NCBI GenBank assembly: GCA_964187785.1
Contig: OZ076409.1
Coordinates: 97,404,001 to 97,468,000 of the forward strand
Length of the DNA stretch: 64,000 bases
From: Amphiscolops sp. MND2022
Taxonomy: Eukaryota
Direction: 5' to 3'
Shown here: piece after piece, positions 36,801 to 50,300 of the stretch
Position numbering within the stretch: position 1 is the first letter of the stretch
Layout: the number at the start of each line of letters is the position of its first letter
The notes under the pieces: generated by a model
Seen by the model: only the letters and a program-made list of their open reading frames with translations
Told to the model about the DNA's origin: nothing
Database searches by the model: none
Position numbers and translations under genes: made by a program

Positions 36801-39800
36801 TTTTTCGTAAAATATTCTTCACCTCTGCTTGATTATTGAGATTCCTATCCAAATAAACTCCAAGAAATTTTACAGATTCTTTTTGTTTAATCAAATAATC
36901 CCCAACTTTCAACGTAGCATTTTTTATTGAACTGTTTTTGGATGATTTACAGAAAACAATGAACTCTGTCTTGTCAGCATTTACATTGAGACGGTGGGTT
37001 GCGGAAAAATCAGAAAGTTTTTTTTGCCATTCTGCAGATAATCAACGCCAGTTGCAACGTCTTTAGCTGCTACAAAGAGAAAAGTATCATCTGCATACTG
37101 AACCAAGTACAATGGAGATTGAATAGAGTTCTTCATGTTGTTAACATATATATTGAAAAGTAAAGGGCCGAAAAGTAAAATGATTATCATATACAGTATC
37201 CACAACAATTAAAATGTTTAATATTAGCTGTAAGACTAAACGCCTAAACGCCATGATGAACGTTGAATTTGACGAAGATCAGTCAAATTGAAACAATCAC
37301 TTTATGGTCATACATTTTTTTGGATTTTTTGCGTGGTTCAATATGCTCTGAATGTAGCCAACAAGTACAAAATGAAAACGTTGAATTCCAAGCAACCGCA
37401 TAGTTGAACTTTAATTTCGGTTTCTTTTTAACGTGAAAAGCAAAAACGAACGTTGTAATTATACAAAAACATTTTTCTTGCTCGTACTTCAAAAAATCAA
37501 AAATATTTAAATGTGCCTATACTTTTGCTACCTTTTTGTAGAACTGAACGAATGGTTTTCAAACATTTGATAATGAGAATTTGAATTTCGAGTCCTTGAT
37601 TTCTACAGGACTTGAACGCAGGCGAAGGTCTCGGCAAACGAGTGATTAACACTCCTTCGCTTCATCTCAATAAGTTGGCGTTCGAAAGCATGATTACGAA
37701 CATTCGCTCGTTTCATCTCAATGACGTCAGCGTACGAATGCATAATTACCACTCGCGCAATCCATCGCACCAGATTTGAAATGTCGCCGGCAGCTTGAGA
37801 ATCTTATATCTGACGCTTATAGTCACTGCGGATACCTCGGATCACCTCTGTAAACTTTGTAAGACCTCTTGTATACCAGATGAATTTCATCTTGTACTTA
37901 GGTGTCCCAGATTCGATGAGTTTAGAAGTAGAGAACTAGAAAGTCTAGGCCCGAGCCCAAACATGTATACTTTACACACCTTGATGAACGTAACTAGCAT
38001 TAATAAACTGATTAAACTAACGAGTTTCTGCGAACACATTGGTTCTAGTATGATAAATGAAGATGAGACTGATTGTGCACTAAATTTTTACTTCTGTTAA
38101 CTTATATGTTTATCCTTTGACACTTTGTGTAAAAGATACTCCAATTACTATTTGTTTTCGAACGTCCCAAGTGAACAATGAAGTAATTTAAATTCTTTTC
38201 CTTCTTCTTCTTCTTCTTCTTCTTCTTCTGCGGCTGAACAAATTATCTGAATCTTTTCAGAAGGCACTCGGATAACAAGCACACTCGGCTGGAAAAAACT
38301 AACTCCTCTTTCCACTTTCTATATTATTCATCCTATCGCAGAAATTATAATATAATGGAGAAGATGAAGTTGGAGTTTAACTCGGCTATTGACGTTCGAC
38401 TATTGAGTCATGTTTGCGCTGGAATTTCATGAGACTCGACAAATTACGTCGCTGAACTGAAGCGATCCGTAATTCGCATCCAATCAAAAAAGTCTGATGT
38501 GTTGTACTCGGTTTGAAACGTTTTTTTTTGTGAGCGAAAAAAATACCAGCCATTTTCGTAAACAGAATCGAAAAGAGAATGCCGTAATTAAACGACCTTT
38601 TTGTGTTTGAAATTAAACTAGCTTCGCCGTGTATCGTGCAAGGTTTGATGATTGACTACTCTGGTTTTGGTTTTCAAACTGTTTTTAGTTCAGTGGTCGA
38701 TCAGCATTTTTGGTTGCAAGCATGCATGCCATTTGGTAAGGGTGACTTGATAGTGGTAATAATTGAAGATCTACAATATTGCACTGAAAAGCAAGATTTT
38801 CGCCAACTTGAGACTTGATTGACTTGACCTCTGATTGACCTTTTCAGTGGGTTGTCCGGCCCTCCTGGGGGTGTACGTGTTGTTGCGACACCGACTGACG
38901 AGGGCCTACAAAGAGAACCCCAACCACCTGTACATCTACGTGGCTCTCCTTGCAATCGTCGCTCTGGGAGTCACGAGCACTGCCGGCATCTTCGCCGCTC
39001 TCGCCCACAACGACAAAGAACATGGTTCGAACTTCTCTCAAAAGTAAAAAATTACAGGCAGAAATATTAATAATAATAATATTTGAATTGGACCATGTCA
39101 TCTATCCCCCCCCCCCCCAAAAAAAAAACTGCGGCAGGGGGAAATAAGAGAGAAGGTTCAAATACCATTATGTCGACATTCTTTGCGTCGGAATTTTGGT
39201 CCAATAAAATAATTGATGTCGACATAATGCTATCCATTACATTGACTGTCAGTTAAAAGGTGCTCATTAGATTTTATAGCGGACAAAATTTGCGTTGGAA
39301 TAGGGAAATTTTTATACGATTTCAGCTTGTTTCAAACGTGAATTTCTGCTATTTTGGACAATAATATCACAGAATTATGGTAATTTTCTACCTGAAGTGT
39401 CCAAACAGTTGTAGAGACAATCCTCTAAATATATACATTCATATAATATTCTCTTATTTGTGAAATATTTTTATTCAAGAACAAAATGTGCTTTCGTGCT
39501 GGGGTACCCTTGGGGGGCTGGGAAATTCCCAACAAGGAGGGGATAGATGACATGATCCATTGAATTTATCCATTCCATGATGAAAGTAACAAATCGCATA
39601 TTAAATCATGCAGTGGTTCCCGGTTATACTGAACTCGGTTATAGTAGGATCCTGCTTATAGTGAACGCATAGCGCGGTCTCGATTATTTGTTTACTAGTA
39701 TTCATCTTAGGCTGTTTACAGTGAATACCGGGTATAGTGAACAGCGGTGAGCGGTGCCCAGAAGTTCACTATACCCGGGATCCATTGTAGTAGAAAAAAA

Positions 39801-42800
39801 CTTACTGTCTGTTACACCAAAATTGACAACATTTTTCAAATCAAGTTCATAAACAACAAGTGACGGAAGCTCTGATTCCCGGAAATTCAGATTCGCGTTC
39901 AATTTACTTCAGTCTACAAGCCGTTCTCGATGAATTTCTTGCAAGGTTAAAAAATTGGTTTCTGTTATGTTGTTAAAACGTAATAAAAGTTTACAAATTA
40001 TTGTCAATTTTGCTGTAAGAGATTGTATTATTCAACGATTATGTCATTCAACGGCACATCATGAATTGGAACAGACTCTTAAAGGCCGAAGCCCGCGTAA
40101 TGAGAGCCGGAAATTTCTGATAGCAAGAATTGAGATAAGGGTTTCAGATTAACCCGAAACACCCTAATTCATACCCTAATTTCCGAATAAACCCTAATCA
40201 TAATCGAGATATTTGTAAAAAAGATCATACGACACATTTTGAGAAATAGAAGGTAATTTTTGACTATAGCAAATCAAATTTTATTTCTCCTCCACTGGCT
40301 GGAAAATAACCAAGTTTTCGAGGAAATGGTCCTCTTGTCTCTTTCTTTGGCTGAAAAAGCTAACTTATCCAGGTTAACTTTTAAAAAGCCTTTCTCCAAG
40401 TTTTCTCATTTTTGAGACAGACAGCAATTCTATTGGGACCAAACATCAATTCAGTAACCCTTAACAATGCTCACTATATTATCCATTGATAAAATTGATT
40501 GTCTTTTCCATTGGTTTTCCATTGCTTTCTGAATTGAATCTTTTCCTGGGATATTTGCGTGTCCTGCTGCTAAAAATAAAGCAGCGCCACTGCACTAGTG
40601 CCATCTTATGGCTCTGTCTTTCTTCAGGTCACCCCTTCAAAACGTGCAGTGGCACGTCGCTCTGCTTCAGGCTTTAGAGCACCATGACTTAAAATGCAAA
40701 ATTTATCTTTTGGAGCTCAAATTAAAACTTGTTACTATTCGATGTTAGATAATTTTCATATTCTTGACTGCGGGAAAACCTTCGTTACCTATTCAGTCAA
40801 TTACGAATCGAAATTATGTGCTAATCAATCAGGTATCCGTTAACCTTTCATTGTCCCGCTTGAAATTTATTTGTTTTTGTTGTAATCCTGAGAAGATACC
40901 GTCTTATTGAAACATCGGAGGCATGATTATCGGATTGCGTATTATCGGAAGGAGACAACTCCAGATCATCAAAATAGTTGAGATCTTCAATTCTTTTAGT
41001 TGAGGCAGGTGCAACTTGGGATAAACTCTATGTTCGCCTATCATCAAGTGTAACAGTAGTTTTTATTCGTTCAAGTATTTTCTGTGGCTTGAAGTCTTTC
41101 TTGCAATTTTCCTTTTCAACGAATCGGGACTTTAAGTCGAACCCAACCACCAACTTCGAACTTTTTGAAATGATTTTGTTTCTCCGTCGATAGACCAGGG
41201 AAAACATCAATATTATTTAAACTCTTAGACGGAAGCTTTGCTATAAGAGCTGTAGATTTCGTTCTCATTTCTTCCCGTAAACCATTTCATAAGGGGATTT
41301 TCCCAATGCAGGATGAATTATACTTCGATAAGTTTGTAACACGGATTTCAATGTATCGTACCAGCTGCCTGAATCTTCAAAATTGGTTTGCAACAAATTT
41401 CGTATGGTTTGATTGAATCGTCCAACGAGACCATTACTGCGAGGGCAATACAATGGGCTATACTTCAAGGCAGCACCTTGATGAATGATAAAAGTTTTAA
41501 CTCCGTGCTGGTAAACGAAGAACCTTCATTACAGCAAATTAACTACCCCAAAACGAGCAAAATTGTCTTTTAGAGACATAACTGTTTGTTTCGATTGCGT
41601 GTCAGGAAGCGCATAAACTTCAGGCCATATCGAGTATTCATCAACAACAAGAAGTAAATACTTAACGTTACTCGGTTCACCGTTGTAAGGACCACTAATA
41701 TCTATATTGATCGATGCAAATTTTTCATCTGCTGTAATGATTTTCCCATGGGGAACATCTCTAACAATTTGTGCTTTATAAGTCTGACAAGAAGCTGGAC
41801 ATACTTTAATCATCTGTTCCAACATAGCTGAACACTTTGGCCACGCAAATCTCCGCAACTGATCTTTAGAACGGACAATTCCACAATGATTTTCATGAGC
41901 TAGTTGGAGAGCTTTTGAATAAAGGCTTTCAGGCATTACAATGGTGGCACCTCGTTCTACACTGGATTTAGCCCAACAATGAAGTTCATTACGAACAGCA
42001 AAGTAAGGTAGTAAAATTTCATCCATCACATTTCGTCTGGGCCAACCATTACTACTAAAATTGCGCAATTTGACTAAAACTTCATTCTGTTTGGAAGCAT
42101 AGTCGACTTCCTCTACTGTGAAAGCAGACAAGTCACTAAAGAATGCATTTGTAACGAACGAAGCATCATCACCAGATGAACGATCGACAAGTAATCGCGA
42201 AAGTGTATCAGCCACTGTATTGTCTTTTCCAGGTTTGTGTACTACACTAAAATCGTAGCGTAACAACCTGGCAGACCAACGTGCAAGTCTCAGTGGACGA
42301 ACACAGTCCCCAATTTCACCATTTATAAGCTGCAGTAGAGATTTATGGTCAGTCTTCAATGTGAAGTGTTTACCCCACAAGCATCTTTCGAACCTTTCAC
42401 AAGTACAAATAAAAGGTAATAGTTCCAATTCAGGAACGCTATACTTCTTTTCAAAATCCTGTAACGAACGAGAGAAAATGAAACTGTTTTGTATTCGCCA
42501 TTTTTTGCAGCTGTGATTATTCACCACCGATTCCAATTTTGGAAGCATCACATGTAACAATCGTTTTTGCAAGAGGATTATACATTGCCAAAGGTTTAGA
42601 ACTAATAAACATTTTTTGAAGGCATTTGAATTCTTCTGTATGACCTTCTGTCCACTTGAAGACATTTTTAGTCGGCGCCTTTTCCTTTAAGGAAAAAAGC
42701 CCGACTATTACAGTGGCTAGTTTTTTTTCTTTCTTTTTTCGTCAGACCACAGAGCTCATCGCGAATGTACCACTTTTTACAGAAACTGATAAGACTACTC

Positions 42801-45800
42801 AGGCCAAGTCAGGCCAAAGGAAACTTAGTGCAAATGGTCCCCCTTTCTTTTTTTATTTTTTTTACGTAACCTACAAAACCGGAAGAGACCAAAGGGTCCC
42901 CCTTTCAATTTTTTCGGCACTGTACAAAATTTTTTTCGAAAATTTTTTAAGGTCTCAAAAGAGTCCCCCTTTCAAGTTTTTTGATATTTTGCAACAAAAT
43001 GTATGTTATTGAATCCCAAATGGTCCCTCCTTTTCATTTTTTGGCACTATGCGACATTTTCGAACTTTTTTTCAAAAAAAATTTTCAGTATATTTTCAAA
43101 TTTTATTTTGTTCCCAGTCGGGAAACAGTGATTTTCCAGTCATATCGAGCATGAAAGGTACACATTGGGTGTCTCGAAAGTGTTTTCAAACCTTTTCATG
43201 AATACGTCCTGAGCATATTTAGAAAACTTTGCGCTTCTTGAGCCTTAGATATAGCGCCGACTTTAGACGTTCCCGTCTTGTTTTTCTTTTTTTTTTCGTC
43301 AGACCACAGATCTTATCGCGTATGTACCACTTTTTACAGAAATTGATAAAACTACTCAGGCCAAGTCCGGCCAATGCAAACTTAGTGCAAAGGGTCCCCC
43401 TTTCATTTTTAACCTTTTTTACGTAACCTACAAAACCAGAAGAGACTAAAGGGTCAACTTTCATTTTTTTTCGGCACTGCCACTTCTTTTCGAAAAATTT
43501 TAATGCCCCCAAAGGGTCCCCACTTCGAACTTTTCAAAAAATTTTGCAGCGGAATGTATGTCAATAAATCCAGCAGTGTCCCCCTTTTATATTTTTTGGC
43601 ACTTTGCGACTTTTTTTGAAAGGAAAAAATTTTAAAATTTTCAAGTTATCCAAAAAAATGTTTTGCGCTTTTTGAGCCTTAAATATGGCGCCGACTTTAG
43701 ACGTTCTCGTTTCGTTATGTAGTAATTTATACGATTCGGCAGCTTTAGAATAATTACTCGGAAAAACTTTCGATAGTGATCAAATAATCCTAGAGCAGAA
43801 GCTAAGGATTGTTTATTGTAAGGGATTTTCATTTCATCAATTGAAGTCAAATTATTCTCAAGAATACCAAATTCATTCAGACCCAGTTTGAGGCCAAGCC
43901 ATTCAATGTTCGTTTTCTCAAATTCACATTTGTCATATTTAGCTTCCAATCCGTTGGATTGCAATCTAATCAATACAGCATTTAATCTTTCCTCTTGTTC
44001 GTCCTTTGTAGAACCATAAACAATGATGTCGTCAAGAAAGCTGAAACAACCTTTCCAGTCAGCTAGGATTATGTCCATCATTTTTTGAAATTTTGGAGGA
44101 ACGTCTCATAGCCCAAAGGGTGCTATGAGAAATTTATTAAGTCCACAGGGTAAAATAAAGGCAAGCAGACGTTCATTGTTTGAATCGGCTGGAACTTGAT
44201 GGAAAGAAAAGTCCATTTTTGAATAAACTTTTGAAATAATTATCGAATTTATTGTCGACTCAATGTTTGGTAATGGGTGAGGATCTTTCTTCATCGCTTT
44301 TTTGACTTCTCGCAAATCATAGCTAAGGCAAATTTTTCCGTTTTTTCTCCATGAAACAACATGAGGACTAGACCAATCGATATCAGCAGTGGTACACGGT
44401 TGAAGGACAACCAGTGAAGAAAGTTTTTTAACTTCCTTCTCGACATGTTCTTTCATTGCATAAGGAAGAGGAGTAGCTTTCGAACTAACAGGAGTAATTG
44501 TTGCGTCGATTGCTGAAGACAAAACAAAGGTCTTTGCATGACCAAGAGTATCAGAATCTAACAGTTTCGGAAATTTCTGTTTGAGGATACATCCTGGGAT
44601 TGTTTCTGGTATGCAAGTATGTACACGATTCAATTGTGTATCGTTTATCGGTATTGCGAATTGCAGTTTGTCTAGAACATCGAAGAAATTCCATGAGCTA
44701 CATAAAAGTCATGTCTGAATGACAAAGAACCGCTCGTTATCTCGAAGTTAGAAATTCCATGAGCATCAATAGCAGAACCACCATAGCCAGTAATTTTTGA
44801 TTGGTTTTTAGTGCACATTATGTAAGGAAATATTTTGTCAAATGTATTTTCAGAAAAATTGATGCTTTGGCACCACTGTCAACAACAAATACAACACTTT
44901 TGTAGTCCAACTGTAAGGAATATTTGAACAATCGAATTACAAGGACTATTTACAGTAATTGTAACGGGTTTAGAAGAATTGTCTTCCAGAGAGTTTGTAA
45001 CAACAACATTTGACCTCTTACCACGGCACACTTTTGCTAAATGGCCAATTTTGTTGCAGTTTTTGCCCTTTTTTGTCCGTGGCAGGACAATCTTTACTGT
45101 TAGCGAAATATAGCTTGGATCCATAACGAAAACAGGATATTTTTAGCAGTAGATTCTTCCTTTTGTTGACTGAAGTTCGAATTAAACAGCTGTACAGTGT
45201 GAATATTACCATGAGCAGTTCCAGTAAAATTTGTATTTTTGAGCAGGGCAGATGTAGAAAATGCCGCTTCAATTCGTTTAGCACTTTTTAAACATTCTTC
45301 CAGAGAAGGGTTATCTTGAAGTAAGCGATCTCTTATGCGAAGCTCTCTAACTCCTTTGATTATTCGATCTCGTAGAGCTGTCTCCACAAAAGCACCAGAA
45401 TCGCATCTTTGAGCGAGTCGTCGTAATGCAACAACAAATTCATCAATACTTTCACCTGATTTTTGAATACGACACCCAAATGAATAACGCTCCCAAACTA
45501 CGTTGACTTTATCAGTAAAATGATTTGCAAGGCATTGTGAAACTTGTTCATAAGTATCATTAGCTTATTGTGTATCATTTCGTGAAGAATAGTAAACGGT
45601 CTGACCTTCAAGTCCAATTATATGGAGCAAAATAGCTTTGTTTCTGTTACTAGCCAACTCTGTGTAGTTCGTAGCCGTCATGTAAATGTAGAAAAGACGT
45701 ATTCAATCCTTCCATGGAGTTGTTGGTTTCCCGGGATCAGGTAAAAAGGTTGGGGCGCAGGTAGGTTGAAAGTTTCAGACATTGGTTTCGCTAGTTTTAG

Positions 45801-46955
45801 TTTATCTCTGTCGCCATTTCATATTCTTGACTGCGGGAAAACCTTCGTTACTTATTCAGTCAATCACGAATCAAAATTATGTGCTAATCGATCATGTATG
45901 AATCATTCATTCAGAACATACCACAATAATTCAGCTAATACTTCGGTCTCAAATTTTCCAACACGACACACAAATAGTTTTCAGTCGGCCCTTTTCAGTG
46001 GAAGAAAGCAAGACTACTAAAGTGGCAAGTTGTTTCGTTACGTCCACTATTATAAATTTTCATAAAATTGCACATAAATTTTAGTTAGTTTCCCAATAGT
46101 GTTCTTTATCATAGTTATAACAATTTACCAGGTTGAACTTTGGGCCCCACTTGGGTAGTTCCCGGCTTGTTCTCTTTTTACGTCGCAAAAGTGGGCTTTG
46201 ATGTAATTCAGCTCGGAACCAAGCAATTGGAGGAAAATTCTCACAGTGCCGAAAAACCTGGAGATCTTTTCCACAATCGTTGAGAAAACTCTGATAAACC
46301 TCCTTCCAAAGGACCAAAAAACCGAAGAAGCCACCCTTAAGACTCCAGAAACAATTTCCCTTAACAAGCCAGGATCGGCATAAGTCGGCGCCATATCTAA
46401 GACTCAAAAATAGCAAAAACCATGAAAGTGTCAAGTATTCTTTTACAGTACGAAGGTTGGGGCGGAATCGGCGCGCTAAAAGGGGGATCCTTTCGGATTT
46501 TTTAACATCCATTGTTGTCAAATATTTAAAAAATTGAAAGTGGGACCCTTTGGAGAAAAAACGTTTCGAAAAAAAGTCTCACAATGCCGAAAAAACTGAA
46601 AGCGGGGACCCTTTAGTCTCTCTCGGTATTGTATGTTACGCGGAAAAAGATGAAATACCTTTTTGGTTCGTTCAGTTTCCTAGGCCAAATGATTCAATTT
46701 GGGACCATAAAATTTCGTAGACATTTGTAGAACTATTTTTGTCAGTTCGTATGGATTGAAAAAAGTCACTATAATAGTCGCGTTTCACTTCATGAAGCGC
46801 CGACTAAAAATGGGCCTAATTTTGTTTCAGTTTTCCCAGTGGACGGCAAACGAATCATCGTGTTACCTTGTGTGGGATCTATCCTTCTGTGTCTACTCAA
46901 CGGAACCCTCTTCTCTTACGCTTTCAGTGACGTCACCAAAGAGAAAATGTTCTAG
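33826..46955 (+). CDS. Small (~142 aa) four-transmembrane protein with HRG1/SLC48A1-like size and topology
   Basis: Exons 33826-33952, 38848-39024 and 46831-46955 join in phase 1/1 to 429 nt with four hydrophobic segments. AATAAA follows the TAG. The exon 2 donor (GTTCGA) is weak. Confidence 0.55.
35177..35585 (+). mobile_element. Non-autonomous Helentron/DINE-1-like element
   Basis: 5' TTTTTAGTCGGC, 3' GCGCCGACT (subterminal inverted repeat), hairpin AGACG-TTCC-CGTCT, terminal TTGTT in a T-rich site. Confidence 0.65.
36211..37170 (-). mobile_element. 5'-truncated LINE (CR1/L2-group-like) RT fragment
   Basis: GPLLFNIYVNNM..YADDT, then KFLGVYLDRNL..FNALVISHLQY..WNVLP. Confidence 0.85.
37845..38230 (+). 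mobile_element. 3' fragment of a non-LTR retrotransposon followed by (TTC)n
   Basis: C-terminal CCHC motif CKLC..DEFHLVLRCPRF. Confidence 0.55.
39612..39790. mobile_element. Tc1/mariner-pogo-like MITE
   Basis: TIRs cagtggttcccggttatactgaac / gttcactatacccgggatccattg-TA. Confidence 0.6.
40754..45925 (-). mobile_element. Decayed Mag-clade-like Ty3/Gypsy with ~109-bp LTRs
   Basis: LTRs 45817-45925 and truncated 40754-~40836, TSD ATAAT (40749-40753, 45926-45930), PBS TGGCGACAG. gag ATG at 45782 (PQPFLPDPGKPTTPW), RT FLDDII, RNase H TCDAS/LKTDHKSL, integrase AHENHCG..C, IDISGP, SNGLV. Confidence 0.85.
42665..43716 (+). mobile_element. Helentron/DINE-1-like element with two tandem 3' ends, nested at the RT/RNase H junction of the Mag-like Gypsy
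   Basis: 5' TTTTTAGTCGGCGC..CCGACT. 3' ends GCGCCGACTTTAGACGTTC(C/T)CGT at ~43255-43282 and ~43688-43716. Internal aaagggtcccccttt repeats. Confidence 0.7.
46363..46810 (-). mobile_element. Helentron/DINE-1-like element, second subfamily
   Basis: Reverse-strand termini aacaagcc..aagtcggcgcc and gcgccgactaaaaa; homologous to 59171-59810. Confidence 0.65.
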
Positions 46956-47377
46956 AAAAATAAACTGAAACTTTTCTATAAATACATTATTCCAATACAA
47001 TCATCATTTTCAAATACTCACTAAAGGTAAGCGAAGGTGGAAATTCGAACAAAATGGTAGAAAACTAGGTAAAAATTAGGACTCAGAAAAGGCTACATAA
47101 GGCAATTATGAAATAATCACGACGCCAGGGCGGTGAGAAAACGTGCCATAGTTAGAACCTCGGTTCAAAAAACAGCAATCTGATATAACAAACGAAAAAT
47201 TATCTGAATTGAGAAAAACAGAGGTTCTATTACTTCGGCCAATAAATTACTACTGCTGAACAAAATTTCGATACTCTCAAAATCCAGACACGATCTGTGT
47301 GTAGATGAAGTTCAATGATGTTCTCTCTATGTTCCAACCAACCAATGAAAATGGAGATCACGTTTCGGCACGTTCGG

Positions 47378-50300
47378 CTATAAAACAGGTCGGCTGCTTG
47401 CACTATCTCCGGCGAGGTCGATAAGATTGACACGATGCGTGTTGAGAAGCTTGTGCTGTTTTCGTCGTTCGGTGCAACACAAGAACCTGCAGAGTCGTGG
47501 AATGACGTCATAGCCGAGAATGACGCTCTCGAGGAAGAAAAGCAGCGTGAGGTTGGCAAGACTGAGTTCGACGATTGTGATGAGGAAGTAAATGTCCCCG
47601 TTGACCTTCAACAACAGCACGGTTGAAAAAAACGTAACGCATCAGCACGGGCTCGAACCCATGACCTCGTGTCTGCCAGGCAGACGCAGTACCAAATGCG
47701 CCATGGTGACTAGAATTTACTAAATGGAGTAATAAAACGGAGTTTTGGCAGAATTTGTAAAAAAAAACAAACACAGTATTACACTTAATACGTCGCAAAA
47801 AGCATAATTTTCTTTTACCGCATAAGTGTTAGTGTTGAAACTATATACCAGAGCCGCATGTGCGGTAAAAGAGTCAGAAACGGATGAAAAAATTGAAAAA
47901 CAAATAACGTACTTATTGTCATTTGCTCATTTTTGGATGGTAAAAAATTTCCTTCGAATCGCATGGACAGTTTATTGAAAAATCGAAAAGTCCAGTCTCG
48001 ATAAAAGTACATGTCACCAAATAATTGAATTTCCGCTTCCTATATGGGAAAGATGTAGGGACAGGGCCTAGCCCGGATTTTGGTGCGTTACCCACAAGGC
48101 CACTTTTTTGCGCACTTTTTGCCCTTTATAATTTTTCCGCATCTTTTTTTATTTCTGCACACTTTTGACATATTTTATCCGTTTTGTCATACAAAAATCA
48201 GTGTATTTCTAAGGAATGTGCTGATCACCACTGCCAGTGATGTTCATTTTTATTTTTTTAAAGTACTTTTTTTGATAAAATGGAAAACAGTTTTTTTAAA
48301 GGATTCCTTTAAATTTTTATCATATAAATTGTAAAATATAAAGGAATTTTACAATCACGGTTAAGGAAGATTAATCACAAAGGCATTGTAGTCTGAGTTT
48401 GACAGAGTCCATAGTTAACCTATTTTTCGTCTAATTCGTCTAATTTTGCTGGCAGAAATCCGCGGTCTCTTTCATATTGCCTTGTTGCAAAATTTATTCT
48501 ACTTCAAACTTGAACAAGATTTAAGCAAAACATGTGACCTATTTTTTTATAGTAAAAAGGAATCCTTTAAAGGAAAATCCTTTAAAGGATTGGCATAAAA
48601 AGGAATAAAAATTAAAAGGATCCTTCAAATGATCCTTTAAATTTTCCTATCAATGTACATCACTGACCAGTGCATACAATATGTTTAAGAGTATTTCTGA
48701 GATGCATGCTTTCGTTCCGGTCCGCACAAAATTCTAAAATTTGATCGGCTGATACCTTTGTTAATTACAGTGCACCTCGGATAATAACAACCTCTCGGGA
48801 CGAGCCAATTTGTTGTTATTATCAGATGTTGTTACGGATCACGTGAATAACTTCTAAATAAATAAGTTCTAAAAGTATATTAGTAAATAACTTCTAAATA
48901 AATAAGTTCTGAAATTATATTAGTAAATAACTTCTAAAATGCATTTGCGTCTGGTAACTTCTAAAATCATTCTAGTAAAGATTGCTATTCATTATTCCGA
49001 AAATAAATTTACCGTTCCATTATTCCGAAAATAAACTTACCGTTCTATCATTCCGAAAACTGTTATTTGAAGAGATTAGCATATTTGTTGTATGGCTCGG
49101 TCGCTTCGCTCCCTTCGCCAAGTAGCAACATTGAGGCATGGCCATATGGCAGGTCGCTCCGCTTCGCTTCACTCCTGCATTTAGGGCACTAGGAGTATGT
49201 GAACATAGCTGACGACGTTGTAGAAATAATTACGTCAAAATAGCGGTTTGGAAGTTATTTACCAGATGCCATTGCAATTTAGAAGATATTTACTAATATA
49301 ATTTTAGAACTTATTTATTAGGAAGTTGTTTACTATTCCAATATTAATTCCAATATTAACTAATCCAGAAATTATTTATTTAGAAGTTATTTACTTTCCC
49401 CGTTGTTACTATCCGAGGTGGTGTCTTCCCACGAGTCCGAAAGATCACGAGTCCGAAAATAAATTTTAATTCCCATGAGTCCGAAAATAGACCTTGCACA
49501 AAATAAACATTCATACATTCATTGTATACTAAATTGAGCTAAATCAGCGAAAAACTCTTTGCTAGTTGGTAATCGACACAAATCATAGATATGCCATGTC
49601 TCTTGTTTCAAAGTATCGACTTTCATTTTATCTTTGAGTTTTTGGTAATAGTTATTTCAATTTAAAATTCCGCGGGACTCGTTCTATCGACGCGCAAAAA
49701 TGTTAAATTTAATTAAATACCTGGATGAAGTTGCAAAATAACAGTAGAATACAAACAAAACAGCTCAACAATCTTTCGGACTCGTGGGAATTAAAATTTA
49801 TTTTCGGACTCGTGAATAGCAATCTCCGAGGTTAGCTTTTCTGAAGTATAGTGTGATGGGGATTCAGGATTTGTTGTTATTAAACAAAGTTTGTTATTAT
49901 CCGAGGTGTCATTGTCCGAGTTGCACTGTACAGTAGAAATTATATGATGTATGTGCGTGCGACACATTTATATACACAGAGGCGAAGCCGTGCTTCGCAA
50001 ACACTTGCGAACGAAGTAGCGAACTTTTGAAGAGAAATCAAAATAAGCAATATCATACGGTGAACCAAGGGTTGAGGAGTCGTCCAAGTTTCCTAATACT
50101 TTGAAAAGGAAACGATTGTAATATTTAATCAATTTTACAGCGCGAAAAAATTCCCGAAGGGATACGCCTAAGACTCGAAAACCAGTTTTTCCCGAACCGG
50201 AAACAGCAAAAAAACCATCTTTCTAAACCGAAAACCTTTTAAAACAAAAAATTAGGGAAAAATTTTTTTGATGTAGGTCTCCGGTAAGTCGCATAGTGCC

